From assembly GCA_030390025.1 (NCBI GenBank), contig CM059433.1, positions 25,236,001-25,300,000 on the forward strand: 64,000 bases of DNA, in the 5' to 3' direction. A program made the translations under genes and the position numbers. The DNA comes from Squalus acanthias. Its lineage: Eukaryota. Positions 63,142 through 64,000 of the stretch are shown piece by piece. The notes under the pieces are model-generated. The model was not told where the DNA came from and did not search any database. It saw nothing but the letters and a program-made list of their open reading frames with translations. Positions within the stretch are counted from its first letter, which is position 1. Each line of letters starts with the position of its first letter.

Positions 63142-63749
63142 GTGGCAACGGCTACTGATGTCGGTTCAGCCTGGCCCTCCCTGCTTCCTGGATCCAATGA
63201 AGTCATGAGAGGTGCGAGGAAGGACTGTACCGGTAGTGTTTCCACTGCGAGAGACAAAAACCTCATCTGCCTCCAGTTCTATCCAACCCTTGCTGGAGGT
63301 CTCTGTGTCATTGTGCCTTATGCTTTGTGTGGGAGCAGAGTCTATTAAAGCAATGACAGTATTGAAACCACTATCCATAGCTTTCCCCATTCAGCCAAGC
63401 TCATTTGACAACCTGCTAAAGGCATACGTTATACTGCTGCCTAAGGCCTTCATGGCTTCAGCCTGAGCAGTCAGGAAGGATGTAAAGACAAGCATAATGT
63501 CCTCTGCCATTAGAGACCACACAGTGAAGCCAGCACTGCCTCTGTAAGGTGACACGGGTCTTTAAGAGCTGCAGTGGAACTGCAATTTCCTGTAGTTACT
63601 GTGCGGCACGCGCCCAGTTCATGCAAATTAGGGGGTCTAGTAAATTGGTGGGCTCTTACAGTGCTTTGTGATAAATGCAGACTGCTGTTGCACCCCCTGC
63701 TACCTCCCCCTCCCGCCAGCAAAATCAGAGCTACATATTGTTTTTTAAT

Positions 63750-64000
63750 TTTTTTATTCGTTCTGAGATGTGAGGGATGCAGGGCCAGCATTTATTGCCC
63801 ATCCCTAATTGCCCGTGAGAAGGTGGTGGTGAGCCGCCTTCGTGAACTGCTGCAGTTCTTGTGGTGAAGGTACTCCCACAGTGCTGTTAGGGAGGGAGTT
63901 CCAGGATTTTGACCCAGCGACGATGAAGGATTGGCGATATATTTCCAAGTCAGGATGGTGTGTGACTTGGAGGGGAACTTGCAGGTGATGGTGTTCCCAT
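63750..64000 (-). mobile_element. 3' end of the CR1-group LINE family at 43409-46560 (runs off the window)
   Basis: Homologous to 43410-43655 including the T-run tail. Confidence 0.85.

Overview
Eukaryotic (vertebrate) genomic DNA, most likely from a cartilaginous fish. This is inferred from the mix of CR1, L2, RTE, Penelope, tRNA-derived SINE and Harbinger-type MITE families. The window is almost entirely transposon-derived and no host gene can be called with confidence. Its centre is a nested structure. A decayed short-LTR Ty3/Gypsy element (23294-40509, +, GGGAC TSD) carries a full-length but mutated endogenous retrovirus (25333-36366, -, AAAG TSD, tRNA-Arg-like PBS). That provirus has a coiled-coil gag, a pol with both a tether and a retroviral RNase H, and an env that looks like a Mononegavirales-F-type fusion protein, i.e. 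a lokiretrovirus-like layout. Its env appears to begin with a signal peptide plus an immunoglobulin-like domain (C-x69-DEGVYVC), the most novel-looking feature here. Also notable are a CR1-group LINE whose 5' end is a tRNA-like Pol III head joined directly to ORF2 with no ORF1, two Penelope elements with minimal hammerhead-ribozyme cores, a near-intact RTE/BovB-like ORF, a 1.49-kb solo LTR and many Harbinger and hAT MITEs. All family assignments come from motif recognition by eye; no database searches were run.
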